From Treponemataceae bacterium (GTDB lineage: Bacteria > Spirochaetota > Spirochaetia > Treponematales > Rectinemataceae): a stretch of 64,000 nucleotides of DNA. Below, one piece after another: positions 27,674 through 37,378 of the stretch. The first letter of the stretch is position 1, and each line of letters begins with the position of its first letter. The notes beneath the pieces are model-generated. The model made no database searches and was not told the origin of the DNA. It was given only the letters and a program-made list of their open reading frames with translations. Position numbers and translations under genes: made by a program. The stretch lies in the NCBI GenBank assembly GCA_963678065.2, contig CAXXVZ010000005.1, forward strand, positions 960,001 through 1,024,000, read 5' to 3'.

Positions 27674-29242
27674 CTACTTTTTGTCCGGGAATGAGATCAT
27701 CCCGTCCCAGCTGTTGAGAACCTTCCCCGCCCGCGCCTCCTCCTCAGAAAACCAGTGTGCGGTCACACTCTTCAGTTCCGTGAAGAACCGGATGCCGTCC
27801 GTCCCCATCGCGTGCAGATCCCCGAAAAACGAGTTCTTGTGCCCCGTGAACCCGAACACCCCCAGCGGCACGGGAATCCCGACGTTGACCCCCACCTGCC
27901 CGCCATGCGTCCGCTTCGCAAACTCCCGCGCATAGTACCCACTCTGCGTGTAGATCACCGAACCGTTCGCATACTCGTTCCCGTTCATGAGCGCAAGTCC
28001 CTCCTCGAAGTCCTTCACCCGCTTGATGCACAGAACGGGTCCGAAGACCTCTTTGTCCCCGATGCTCATCCCCGGTTTCACGTGATCGAAGAGCGTTGGT
28101 CCGACATAGAACCCTTTTTCGTAGCCCTTCACGACGACATCCCGTCCGTCCAGCACGAGTTCGGCCCCCTCCTTCACTCCCTTCCCGATCCAGTCGACGA
28201 CGAATGCGCGGTGTTCCGCGTTCACCACCGGCCCCATCTGGCTCGACGCTTCGTACGCCGGCCCCACGGTGAGCTCCGACATGAGCTTCGCGAGGATCGC
28301 CACGAGTTCATCCGCAATCTCTTCCTCTACAACGACCGCGGGCAGGGCCATGCAGCGCTCGCCCGCACAGCCGCAGGCCGAGTTGACGATACCCCGGGCT
28401 GTGCGCTCAAGGGCGGCATCCTTGAGCACGAGCGCATGGTTCTTCGCCTCCGTGAGGCACTGCACCCGCTTCCCCGCGGCCGCCGCCGTGGCGTAGATAT
28501 GTCTCCCCACCCCCGTCGAGCCCACGAAGGATATCCCCCTCACATCGGGATGCCCGAGGAGTATCTCCGCCTCATGCCTCGAACAGGTGACCAGATTGAG
28601 CACCCCGGGTGGCAATCCCGCCTCGGCCCAGAGCTCCATGATCCGCATCGAGGTCTGCGGCGTGAAGCTCGCCGCTTTGATGACCATCGTGTTCCCCGTG
28701 GCGATGCACAGGGGCGCCATCCAGCCCATCGGAATCATGGCCGGGAAGTTCCAGGGCGCTATCCCCGCGAAGACTCCCAGGCTCTCCATGTACTGCGTCG
28801 TGTCGTAGCCCGTCGTGCAGTTCATGAGGGCGGGACCCTTCATGAGCTGCGGGATACCGCAGGCGAACTCCACGACTTCCGTGACCTTGAGCACATCGCC
28901 CATCGCCTCGCCCAGCACCTTGCCGTTCTCGCGGGCGCAGAGCTGTGTGAGTTCGTCGAGATGTTTGTCCAGAAGGGCCTTCATCCGGAACAGCACCTGC
29001 ACGCGCTTGTTCGGCGGGGTATCCGACCAGGCGGGGTAGGCCGCCGCGGCCGAAGCGACCGCCGATTCGACCTCATCTGAGGTGCACTGGGGTGCGCGGG
29101 CGATGATTTCGCCCGTGGACGGATTGTAACAATCCATGTACTTGTCGGTCTTCGAAGTCTTCCACCCGCCATCGACCCAGTACTGAAGCTGCCGCACTCC
29201 GGCCGCAGCATCGGTTTTATCATTACCCATATCGTTATCCAT
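27674..29242 (-). CDS. mmsA: CoA-acylating (methyl)malonate-semialdehyde dehydrogenase
   Basis: PWNFPAMIP, SFVGST, AKNH, GCAGERCMA, EVFGPV, VGVNVGIPVP, SFFGDLH. Confidence 0.93.
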   Translation of the reverse strand: MDNDMGNDKTDAAAGVRQLQYWVDGGWKTSKTDKYMDCYNPSTGEIIARAPQCTSDEVESAVASAAAAYPAWSDTPPNKRVQVLFRMKALLDKHLDELTQLCARENGKVLGEAMGDVLKVTEVVEFACGIPQLMKGPALMNCTTGYDTTQYMESLGVFAGIAPWNFPAMIPMGWMAPLCIATGNTMVIKAASFTPQTSMRIMELWAEAGLPPGVLNLVTCSRHEAEILLGHPDVRGISFVGSTGVGRHIYATAAAAGKRVQCLTEAKNHALVLKDAALERTARGIVNSACGCAGERCMALPAVVVEEEIADELVAILAKLMSELTVGPAYEASSQMGPVVNAEHRAFVVDWIGKGVKEGAELVLDGRDVVVKGYEKGFYVGPTLFDHVKPGMSIGDKEVFGPVLCIKRVKDFEEGLALMNGNEYANGSVIYTQSGYYAREFAKRTHGGQVGVNVGIPVPLGVFGFTGHKNSFFGDLHAMGTDGIRFFTELKSVTAHWFSEEEARAGKVLNSWDGMISFPDKK

Positions 29243-29278
29243 ATCGTTCCTCCCGGAAATCCATCTACACAGTTTGGT

Positions 29279-30313
29279 TCATAGCGCGAAGGCTTCGATC
29301 GGCGCCCAGCCCGTCTCCACGAATTGGGCGAGCGTTTTCTGGACGACGCCGAAGGTTATAAACTCCGCCGGCTTCAGCCCATCAGGTTCGTATGCGCGGA
29401 TGAACTCAGGGATAGCGGACAGCCTTTTCAGAACAGCGGGTTCGACCGGGACGTCTATGCGTTCCTCGAACGGCCCGTCGAGCTTCGCGAGCATCGCCTG
29501 AATCTTCGGGTGAACGGAGAACGACATATCGGCGCCGGCCAGGCTCGTCGCGTGATACGCGCCGCGCATACCTGCGGGCATCAGCACGGCATCGTATCCC
29601 CGTTCGGCGAAAACAGCCCGCGCCCGTTTCATTATCGCCGTCCCGCATTGCACAATGTCCGATTCCAGAACCTCTGCCCTGCTGTCCGCCGCGACATCCC
29701 GGATGTAGTCGTCGATGCGGCCGACCATGACCACGGCGAAGCAGCGCCCAGGCGCGAGGCCGGAGGCCTTCGCCCTCATCGAGCCCCGCCGGTATCGCTC
29801 GGCCGCGGCCAGGGCCTGCGCCAGCGTAAAGCCCACCGTGGCGGTGACGGTGATGCCCAGGGCAGCGCACTCCTCGAGCGCCTCGAGGCCCGCCGCCGTG
29901 GCCGGCAGCTTTACGGCGATATTGGGCGCCCACGCGGCCAGCCTCTGCGCCATCCTGAACATGCCCTCGGCGTCGCCCGGCTTCCGTGGATTCACCTGCG
30001 CGCAGGCGTAGCCTTGAGACCCTCCGCTCGCGCGGTAGACAGGCTCCACCATGGTCGCGGCCGCGCGCGTGACGACCTCGAGTATCGCCTCCGCTTTTTG
30101 TGCGCTATCGGCAGCGGCGGGGATTTTTGCCAGAAGAGGGCGCCAGAAATCCGGTATCGCTGCCAGCGATGTCGCGACCAGCGGGGGATTCGTCGTGATA
30201 CCGGTCGCGCCATTCTCGATGCCCGCCCTTATTTCGCTGGGATCGGCAGAATCGTGCCACCATTTTGTGGGCGTGTTCGTCGACATCCACTGAAGAAATC
30301 TATTTTCCGCCAT
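29279..30313 (-). CDS. Transaldolase/F6P-aldolase family protein (paralog B)
   Basis: WHDS, TTNP, NIAVKLPAT (Schiff-base Lys), MVGRIDD. Confidence 0.88.
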   Translation of the reverse strand: MAENRFLQWMSTNTPTKWWHDSADPSEIRAGIENGATGITTNPPLVATSLAAIPDFWRPLLAKIPAAADSAQKAEAILEVVTRAAATMVEPVYRASGGSQGYACAQVNPRKPGDAEGMFRMAQRLAAWAPNIAVKLPATAAGLEALEECAALGITVTATVGFTLAQALAAAERYRRGSMRAKASGLAPGRCFAVVMVGRIDDYIRDVAADSRAEVLESDIVQCGTAIMKRARAVFAERGYDAVLMPAGMRGAYHATSLAGADMSFSVHPKIQAMLAKLDGPFEERIDVPVEPAVLKRLSAIPEFIRAYEPDGLKPAEFITFGVVQKTLAQFVETGWAPIEAFAL

Positions 30314-30367
30314 ATGCTTTTTTCTCCTTCGCCCCCACCACGGGCTGCGCGGACAGGGTTACCTCAG

Positions 30368-31426
30368 TCAGGTCCACCTCGGCGATGTTCCGTCGGTTCC
30401 GTAGATCTCGAGGGGCGCCCACCCTGCCTCGATGAACTGCGAGAGCGTCCGCTGGGCAAGGCCGAACGTAAAGAACTCGTGCGGGGCGAGGCCATCAGGC
30501 TCGTAGGCCCGCGCGAACTCAGGAATTCTTGAGAGTCTGTCGATCACGCTCTTCCCGATGGGGACGTCGAAGCGGGTCTCCTGCGGGGGATCGGCCTCCA
30601 GTATCATCCTCTGGATGCGCGGGTGGAGCGAGAATGTCATATTCGCCCCGGCGAGTTCCGTGAGGTGGTACACGCCGCGCAGGCCGGCGGGCATAATCAC
30701 GGTCTCGTAGCCCCGGGCCCCGGCGATCTCGTACGAGCGCTTGGCGACGGCCAACCCTGCCTGCGCGATTTCTTCGGCGGCGAAATCGAGGCCGAGGTCC
30801 CTCGCGACGTCGCGGATGTAATCGTCCAGCCTCCCGACCTGCTGCACCGCGAAGCAGGGCCGCGTCGCTATTCCATTCCTGCGCGCCCGACAAAGCCCCT
30901 TCCGGTAGCTCTCCGACACCGCGATGAACTGGGCCACCGAGAAGTTGATGGTCGCACAGACGGCGACGCCCTCCGCGGCGAGTTCCTCCAGCACCTCGAT
31001 CCCGGCAGCCGTGCTCGGAAGCTTTACGGCGACATTGGGTGCCCAGCGCGAGACCCTGCGGGCCATCTCGAGCATGCACAGGGCGTCCGTCGCCTTCGTC
31101 GGATCGAGCTGGCCAAAGGCGTATCCGTGGAGGCCGTGCGTCGCGCGGAATATCGGCTCGACCATACCGGCGGCGCGCGTGGCCACCGCCTCGAGGCAAG
31201 CCTCGGCGCGCCGCTCGTGCGCGACCGAGGCCGGAATGGCTTCGACTAGTTTCTTCCAGTATTCCGGGCGGGCCTGCAAGGTCTTGTAGGTCAACACCGG
31301 GTTCGTCGTGACGCCCAGAGCGCCATTTCTGACGGCGGATTCGATCTCATCGGGTATCGCGGAATCGTGCCACCATCTGGTCGGCGTATCCTCGGTCAAC
31401 CACTGCAGATAGTTCCTTTTGTCCAT
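30368..31426 (-). CDS. Transaldolase/F6P-aldolase family protein (paralog A)
   Basis: WHDS, TTNP, NVAVKLPST, QVGRLDD. Confidence 0.88.
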   Translation of the reverse strand: MDKRNYLQWLTEDTPTRWWHDSAIPDEIESAVRNGALGVTTNPVLTYKTLQARPEYWKKLVEAIPASVAHERRAEACLEAVATRAAGMVEPIFRATHGLHGYAFGQLDPTKATDALCMLEMARRVSRWAPNVAVKLPSTAAGIEVLEELAAEGVAVCATINFSVAQFIAVSESYRKGLCRARRNGIATRPCFAVQQVGRLDDYIRDVARDLGLDFAAEEIAQAGLAVAKRSYEIAGARGYETVIMPAGLRGVYHLTELAGANMTFSLHPRIQRMILEADPPQETRFDVPIGKSVIDRLSRIPEFARAYEPDGLAPHEFFTFGLAQRTLSQFIEAGWAPLEIYGTDGTSPRWT

Positions 31427-31453
31427 TTCTCGCCTGCCTTGAGGATCGGGGGA

Positions 31454-32500
31454 TCAATCGGCAGGGAAGAACATCCCCTTGATGCCCCTCTCGTCCTGAA
31501 TGTCCTTAAAAACACGCTCCCATTCCCCGATCCCCGTCCGGTGCGTGATGAGCCTGGACAGGTCATACGGTGTAGAGGCCATCAGCTTGAGCGCTTTGTC
31601 CCAGGAGCTGTAGCTCGAGCTGAAGTTGAAATGGAGATCCAGCGCCTTGAACATCGCGGAGTTCCACTTGATCCGGGCCATATCCCCGGCTCCGAGTCCT
31701 ATGGCGCATATCCTTCCGCAGGTCTTGGCCATATCGACGATCTGCACTATCGCGGGATTCGAGCCGCTCGTCTCGATGACGAGATCGGCGCCCTTCCCCT
31801 GTGTCATTTCGAGCACCTTTTTTACAGGGTCCTGCCGCTCCACGTTGATGACCTCGTCGACGCCGAGGGACAGGGCTACGGGGAAGCGGACGGCTTCGCT
31901 CTTCTCCATGCCCGTCATGACGACCCTGTGGGCACCGCAGGACTTGGCCACGAAGGCGGCCAGGATGCCGATGGGCCCCGCGCCTGTCACCACGACGAAA
32001 TCGGAGCACTCCACGCGCGCGCGCTCCGTAACTTCGTACACAGCCACCGCCAGAGGCTCGGCCAGCGCGGCGACGTCATAGGGGACCTCTTTGTATATCC
32101 TGTGCACGAGCACCTCCGGCATGACGATGTAATCCGTCATCGCCCCGTTGACGCCCCAGCCGGGAGCGCGCCTGTGCACGCAGAGATGGATTTTCCCCTC
32201 GCGGCAGGCGTCGCAGACGCCGCAGGCACCATTCTTGGGTTCGGCGACGACCCGGTCGCCAACGCTGAAGCGAGTGACGCCGCTACCGATCTCCTCGATC
32301 TCCCCCGAGAACTCGTGGCCGAGCACCACAGGGGGCCAGTAGCGCGCGAACTCGTCGCGAAGAATATGGATATCGGTCGCGCAGATCCCCGCCGCCTTGA
32401 TTTTTATCAACACCCAGTCCGCTCCGGGCAGTCGGGGCTTCTCGATATCCCGGACTTCTACATGACCCGGCCCTTTGGCTACTTTCATCAATGCTTTCAC
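31454..32500 (-). CDS. Zn-dependent MDR dehydrogenase (polyol/sugar-acid type)
   Basis: GICATD, GHEFSG, CGVCDAC..C, EPLA, GAGPIG. GTG start. Confidence 0.92.
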   Translation of the reverse strand: MKALMKVAKGPGHVEVRDIEKPRLPGADWVLIKIKAAGICATDIHILRDEFARYWPPVVLGHEFSGEIEEIGSGVTRFSVGDRVVAEPKNGACGVCDACREGKIHLCVHRRAPGWGVNGAMTDYIVMPEVLVHRIYKEVPYDVAALAEPLAVAVYEVTERARVECSDFVVVTGAGPIGILAAFVAKSCGAHRVVMTGMEKSEAVRFPVALSLGVDEVINVERQDPVKKVLEMTQGKGADLVIETSGSNPAIVQIVDMAKTCGRICAIGLGAGDMARIKWNSAMFKALDLHFNFSSSYSSWDKALKLMASTPYDLSRLITHRTGIGEWERVFKDIQDERGIKGMFFPAD

Positions 32501-32531
32501 GAATCCCTCCCCGCAAAATGTTCACAGAAAA

Positions 32532-33236
32532 TCAAACGCCCAAATAGGCTTTCTTGACATCGTTGTTCGCCAATAGATCCTGTCCCCGGCCCTCCAGGGT
32601 TATCATCCCATCCTTCAGGATGTATGCGCGATCGGAAACCGAGAGAGCTTTCTTCGCGTTCTGCTCGACGAGGAGGATCGTGACATCAGAAGACCGCAGC
32701 GAGACGATCGTCCTGAAAATATCCGACACGACCATCGGCCCCAGCCCGAGAGAGGGCTCGTCCAACATCAGGAGGCGCGGCTCCGCCATGATTGCGCGAC
32801 CGATGGCGCACATCTGCTGCTCCCCGCCGCTTAGGGACCCCGCCAGCTGTCCCCTCCGCTCCAGGACACGAGGGAAAAGCTCATACACTTTTTCCAGGTT
32901 GTCCGCGCGCTTGGCCTTGGCCCTTTTGCAAATCGAGCCCATCACGAGATTCTCTTCGACCGTCATGCTCGGGAAGAGCCTGCGGCCCTCGGGAACCTGG
33001 ATCAGGCCCAGCTCGACCCGGGCTCCTGCCGAAAGGCCGGAGATGTCCTTCCCGTCAAACGTGATCCGCCCCCGCATGTTCCCCAGTATGCCGGAGATCG
33101 CCTTTATCAAGGTGCTCTTGCCCGAGGCGTTCGCGCCGATGAGCGTGACGATCTCGCCTGTATGTACACCCATGCTCACGTTCCTGATCACCTGGAGATC
33201 ACCGTAGCTAACGGATACACCGGTCAGACTAAGCAT
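32532..33236 (-). CDS. livF: HAAT (Liv-type) ABC ATPase
   Basis: GANASGKS, VPEGRRLF, LSGGEQQM, DEPSLGL, VEQN. Confidence 0.9.
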   Translation of the reverse strand: MLSLTGVSVSYGDLQVIRNVSMGVHTGEIVTLIGANASGKSTLIKAISGILGNMRGRITFDGKDISGLSAGARVELGLIQVPEGRRLFPSMTVEENLVMGSICKRAKAKRADNLEKVYELFPRVLERRGQLAGSLSGGEQQMCAIGRAIMAEPRLLMLDEPSLGLGPMVVSDIFRTIVSLRSSDVTILLVEQNAKKALSVSDRAYILKDGMITLEGRGQDLLANNDVKKAYLGV

Positions 33237-33957
33237 CGTAGTCGTCTCCCAAGTAGGCTTTGATCACAGTGTCGTTGTGGATTATTTCCTGCGGACTGCC
33301 CTCCGCGATTTTTTCCCCGTTGGCCAGGACGATCACAGTCTCCGTCAAGTTGATCACCGCGCGCATGATATGCTCTATCAGCAGTATGGATACTCCGGAG
33401 TCGCGGATCTTCCGGATATGGAGGCCCAGATCGTCGACCTCGGAAGGGGTCAGGCCAGCCATGACTTCGTCCAGGAGTAAAAGCCTGGGCCTCGTCGCGA
33501 GGGCCTTGGCCACTTCCAGTCTCTTTCTGTCCGGAATGCCGAGATTCTTGGCGATCACGTTCTTCCGCGAGTCGAGGCCGAGGAATGCGACCGTTTTCTC
33601 GGCCTCCTCCCTCGCGGCCTCCATGCTGTTTGTCCGCAGAAGCGCCCCGACGAGGACGTTCTCGAGTACGGACAGGTTCTGGAGAGGCTTCGGAATCTGG
33701 AATGTCCTTCCGATCCCGAGCCGACACACCTGGAAACTTTTGAGCCCGGAAATCGGCTTCCCCTGGAAGACCACCACGCCATCGTTGAGGGGAAGCGCGC
33801 CGGAGATCATATTGAAGAGGGTGGTCTTGCCGGCTCCATTCGGCCCGATGAGACCCATGATCTGCCCCTCGGCGAGGTCGAAATCGACCTTGTTGACAGC
33901 CGTCAGGCCGCCGAAGCGCTTCGTCACGCCGCGGCAGCCAAGGAGTGCGCCGCTCAT
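33229..33957 (-). CDS. livG: HAAT ABC ATPase
   Basis: FGGLTAV, GPNGAGKTT, GRTFQ, IEH, AYLG. Confidence 0.9.
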   Translation of the reverse strand: MSGALLGCRGVTKRFGGLTAVNKVDFDLAEGQIMGLIGPNGAGKTTLFNMISGALPLNDGVVVFQGKPISGLKSFQVCRLGIGRTFQIPKPLQNLSVLENVLVGALLRTNSMEAAREEAEKTVAFLGLDSRKNVIAKNLGIPDRKRLEVAKALATRPRLLLLDEVMAGLTPSEVDDLGLHIRKIRDSGVSILLIEHIMRAVINLTETVIVLANGEKIAEGSPQEIIHNDTVIKAYLGDDYDA

Positions 33958-34937
33958 CTCGTCGCTCCCTCTCGCCTGGGCGCCGCGAACAGAGTGTTGA
34001 AGGCTCCGGTCAATCCACCCGGAAGGAAGTAGATTGTAAGAACGATGGCGATTCCGTAGATGACCATGCTGGAACCCGCAAGCCTTCCTCCGATCAGACT
34101 CGTCGTGAGTTCGGAAATCGGCACGAGAATGACCGCGCCGAAGAGCGGCCCGAACGTGGAACGTTGTCCGCCGACCAAGGGCAGGATCAGCATGAGAATG
34201 GAGAGATCCATGCCCAGGATTGTGAACGGATCGACCATGAGGACGTATTGCGCGAAGAAGGTCCCGCCCAAAGCAGTCATGAAGGCGCTGATCGCCGCGG
34301 CAATTATTTTATACAATGCCGGATCGATGCCCAGGGCCTCCGCGGCGTTCTGGTCCTCGCGGATCGCGGCCAGGTAGTGGCCCAATTTGGAGCGCGCGAT
34401 GAAGGCAGTGACCAGGAGAACTATCGCGAGAAGCGCGACGATGATGTAATAGAATGGAACCTTCGAGACGAATTCGTATTTCCAGAATCCCATTTTCAGG
34501 GGGACGAGGAGCCCCTGTGCGGCTTTGATTTTAAAAGGCCCTATTCTCTCGGTGGCGACAATGAAAAGGCGGAATGTTTCTGCGAACGCGATTGTCGCCA
34601 GGGTATAGTACGTTCCCTTGAGACGCAGGCAGGGGATGGCGATCGCCAGCGCGACCAGCACGGCCAGGATGCCTCCTGCGAGCATGCCCAGCCATGGGCT
34701 GATCCCGAATTGTGCGAACAGTATCGTCGAGGTATAGGCGCCGATTCCCGCGTAGACGGCGTGTCCCATCGAGACCTGCCCGGCGAGTCCTCCCACGATG
34801 GACCACGAGCTCGACTGGTAGGCATAATAGAAAACGATGATCAGCAGATGGATGATATAGGAGCTGCGCACGAAAAGTGGCACCGCCAGAAGCGCTGCGC
34901 CGACCATCAATATCGGGATTGCGTTGAATTTCTTCAT
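33954..34937 (-). CDS. livM: HAAT ABC permease
   Basis: GQVSMGHA, YYTLAT, AIREDQNAAEALGI. Start 34937 or 34955. Confidence 0.88.
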   Translation of the reverse strand: MKKFNAIPILMVGAALLAVPLFVRSSYIIHLLIIVFYYAYQSSSWSIVGGLAGQVSMGHAVYAGIGAYTSTILFAQFGISPWLGMLAGGILAVLVALAIAIPCLRLKGTYYTLATIAFAETFRLFIVATERIGPFKIKAAQGLLVPLKMGFWKYEFVSKVPFYYIIVALLAIVLLVTAFIARSKLGHYLAAIREDQNAAEALGIDPALYKIIAAAISAFMTALGGTFFAQYVLMVDPFTILGMDLSILMLILPLVGGQRSTFGPLFGAVILVPISELTTSLIGGRLAGSSMVIYGIAIVLTIYFLPGGLTGAFNTLFAAPRREGATR

Positions 34938-34986
34938 GTCCGGGTATTCTCCCATCGATGTGGTTTCGGGAAGGTACGATCCGCTG

Positions 34987-35862
34987 TCACAGCTCTTTCC
35001 CCATGAGACCTCTCGGCCTTACGATTATCACGATCAGGAATACGATGAAGATGAACATCTGGGCGTAACTCGAGTTGAAGAATGTCGCTCCGAGCGCCTC
35101 GACTCCTCCCACGATCAATCCTCCGACGAGCGTTCCGAGGATCGAGCCGAGCCCGCCCAGGACGACGATGATGAAAGCTTTCAGCTGGAAGACATCGCCG
35201 ACGGTCGGGTTGATGGAATAGAACGGGAGAATGACCATTCCCGCCACGCCCACGGTGGCCGTGCAGATCGCGAAACCCAAACGGAATATCCGACGTTCGC
35301 TGATACCCATCAGCTTCGCGGAATCCATGTCCTGGCTGAGAGCACGGATCGACCTTCCGAGATCGGTATTCTTGAGGAAAAAGAATATCGCTCCGTACAC
35401 CACAAGGGTGATCAGGGCGGCGACGAGCTTCCCGATATTGATGATCAGACCGAAGGCATCGAAGGTCCTGCCTGAGATGAACGAAGTCACACTATGGAAT
35501 TCCGGTCCGAAAATTATCTGCGCTCCGTTCACCATGATCAGACTGAAGCCCATGGTCAGCAACAGAGCGACATCGGAGTTGGTCGTGCGTTCGCGGACGA
35601 TCACGGGCTCGCTTATGATTGCCAATATGTATCCGAAGGCGAAGGAGGCCGGGACAACGATAAACAGTCCCAGGAATGGATCGAGGTGCAGGTACTTGTA
35701 GAGAATTTCCATCAAGTACATCCCGAGCATCATGACTGCGCCGTGACCAAAGTTCACGAACTTCATGACTCCGTACAAAATGCTCAACCCGAGCGAAACG
35801 AGACCGTAAACGCATCCGACGAGGAGGCCGGAGACAATATTCTGCGCTAGTAGCAATCCCAT
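34987..35862 (-). CDS. livH: HAAT ABC permease
   Basis: GVMKFVNFGHG, GRSIRA, VVLGGLGS, RPRGLMG. Confidence 0.9.
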   Translation of the reverse strand: MGLLLAQNIVSGLLVGCVYGLVSLGLSILYGVMKFVNFGHGAVMMLGMYLMEILYKYLHLDPFLGLFIVVPASFAFGYILAIISEPVIVRERTTNSDVALLLTMGFSLIMVNGAQIIFGPEFHSVTSFISGRTFDAFGLIINIGKLVAALITLVVYGAIFFFLKNTDLGRSIRALSQDMDSAKLMGISERRIFRLGFAICTATVGVAGMVILPFYSINPTVGDVFQLKAFIIVVLGGLGSILGTLVGGLIVGGVEALGATFFNSSYAQMFIFIVFLIVIIVRPRGLMGKEL

Positions 35863-35885
35863 CGGTTTCTCCTGGCATGGAATCC

Positions 35886-35913
35886 GGGGAGGCTTCCCTT
35901 AGGGGGCCTCCCC
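35886..35913 (-). other. Stem-loop after livK
   Basis: GGGGAGGCTTCC-ctta-GGGGGCCTCCCC (stem contains G:T pairs as read on the + strand). Confidence 0.5.
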
Positions 35914-35922
35914 CGACGAAAA

Positions 35923-37137
35923 TCAGGGCAAGGGAGAAATAGCTTTTACCGTCGCGACATCTCTCGGCCAGATAGTCTTGAATCCTTTGATGCCATCGCC
36001 GTCCTGGTACTGGCCCATAAGATACATTCCGGTCGTGCACTGGCCGGTCGCGTCAAAGTTGAGCACATTTCCCTTGTAGTACTGGGAGGCAAGCGCCTTG
36101 TTGGCGGGATCGCTGATGCGAAGATTCGCGAATGAATCCCTGACCTTGTCGGGCTTCGTCGATGCGGCTTTTTCGAATACTTCCTTGATCACGTACACGG
36201 CGCCGAATCCGAACGCAGCGTGGCTCGTAGCGGTGACGCCGCTGTACTTCGACTCAAAGCTCTTTATGAAGCTTTGCACGTTTGAATTGGCCATATCCGG
36301 GGCCCAGGCACCGGCGTAGCACCAGCCTTTCCGCAGTTCAAGGTTGTTGACGAAGGTCGGATCGGCGTATCCGCCCCATCCTATCGCCCATTTCGGCTTG
36401 AAGCGGAGCTCCCTCATCGTCTTCGCGATCAAGAGCGCATCCTGTACGTACGAATTGGCGAGAAACGCGTCGGGGTTGATGGCCTTCACCTTGTTGATCA
36501 TGGGATTCACGTCCGCCGCTCCATGCGGATACGCCTCTTCGAACACCAGCTTGATCGCGTTCAGGCCAAGCCATTTTCTGACGCCATTGGCGAAGGTTTG
36601 ACCGCCCTCCGTGTTTTCATATGCCATCGCCACTGTCTTGACGCCCGATTCCACGAGGAATTGCACCAAGTCGCGAGTGCCGTACTCAGCCTTGGGCTGC
36701 GTTCTGAACACGTACTTGAAGCCTTGCTCGGTGATACCGTCGGAAGTGGCGTTCGGTACGTAGTAGGGGATCTGGTATTTCTCCGCGATGGAAACTGTGG
36801 GCAAGGTCACGGCGCTCTGGAAGGCGCCGACGAGCAGATGCACCTTCTCCACCGTGACGAGTCTTTCCGCTTCGGACATGCCGACCTGCGGGTCGCCGCG
36901 ACTGTCCGCGTAGATCATTTTGATCTTGGCGCCGCCGAGCGACTTGATGCCGCCTGCAGAATTGATCTCCTCGACTGCCAGATCGAAGCCCCGCCTCTGC
37001 TGTTGGCCATCATTGGCCGTACCGCCGCTCAGCGGAAGAATGTTGCCGATGCGCACCTCCGCCACATTCTGGGCAAAAGCGCCGATCGCGATTGAGCATA
37101 ACCCAACGAGCATGAGAAGAAACGTTTTCCTTTTCAT
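35923..37137 (-). CDS. livK: HAAT ABC substrate-binding protein
   Basis: Signal peptide, IGNILPLSG, AVEEINSAGGI, GAFQSAVT, YVFR. AAGGAG RBS before ATG 37137. Confidence 0.88.
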   Translation of the reverse strand: MKRKTFLLMLVGLCSIAIGAFAQNVAEVRIGNILPLSGGTANDGQQQRRGFDLAVEEINSAGGIKSLGGAKIKMIYADSRGDPQVGMSEAERLVTVEKVHLLVGAFQSAVTLPTVSIAEKYQIPYYVPNATSDGITEQGFKYVFRTQPKAEYGTRDLVQFLVESGVKTVAMAYENTEGGQTFANGVRKWLGLNAIKLVFEEAYPHGAADVNPMINKVKAINPDAFLANSYVQDALLIAKTMRELRFKPKWAIGWGGYADPTFVNNLELRKGWCYAGAWAPDMANSNVQSFIKSFESKYSGVTATSHAAFGFGAVYVIKEVFEKAASTKPDKVRDSFANLRISDPANKALASQYYKGNVLNFDATGQCTTGMYLMGQYQDGDGIKGFKTIWPRDVATVKAISPLP

Positions 37138-37328
37138 ACACCCACTCCTTTGGAATCTGTAATCGACGCGATGCGTCTGGACTTCGACCACTCAAGAATG
37201 CAGGCATAGCCGGATCTCCTGGGCAGGTGATTTTCTCACCGCCCCGATCGAACTGCACACTTTCTGTGCGCGCGGCGAATCGTATCCCTCCGCGTAACGC
37301 ACTCTCTGTATCGTGTGTTCACATCCTG

Positions 37329-37378
37329 ATGCAATGTTCAATGTTCTATGTTATAACATTGAACATTGCATTTGTCAA
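37329..37378 (-). promoter_or_regulatory. Promoter TTGACA-17-TATAAC overlapped by a perfect 17-bp inverted repeat of 7-mers (likely GntR operator)
   Basis: ATGCAATGTTCAATGTT-N9-AACATTGAACATTGCAT (37329-37371). Confidence 0.75.

Noticed and set aside
27674..37137. Ordinary valine uptake and degradation (liv plus mmsA)
   Set aside because: No aminotransferase, keto-acid dehydrogenase or mmsB. The intervening genes are sugar-type enzymes. Not fully excluded.
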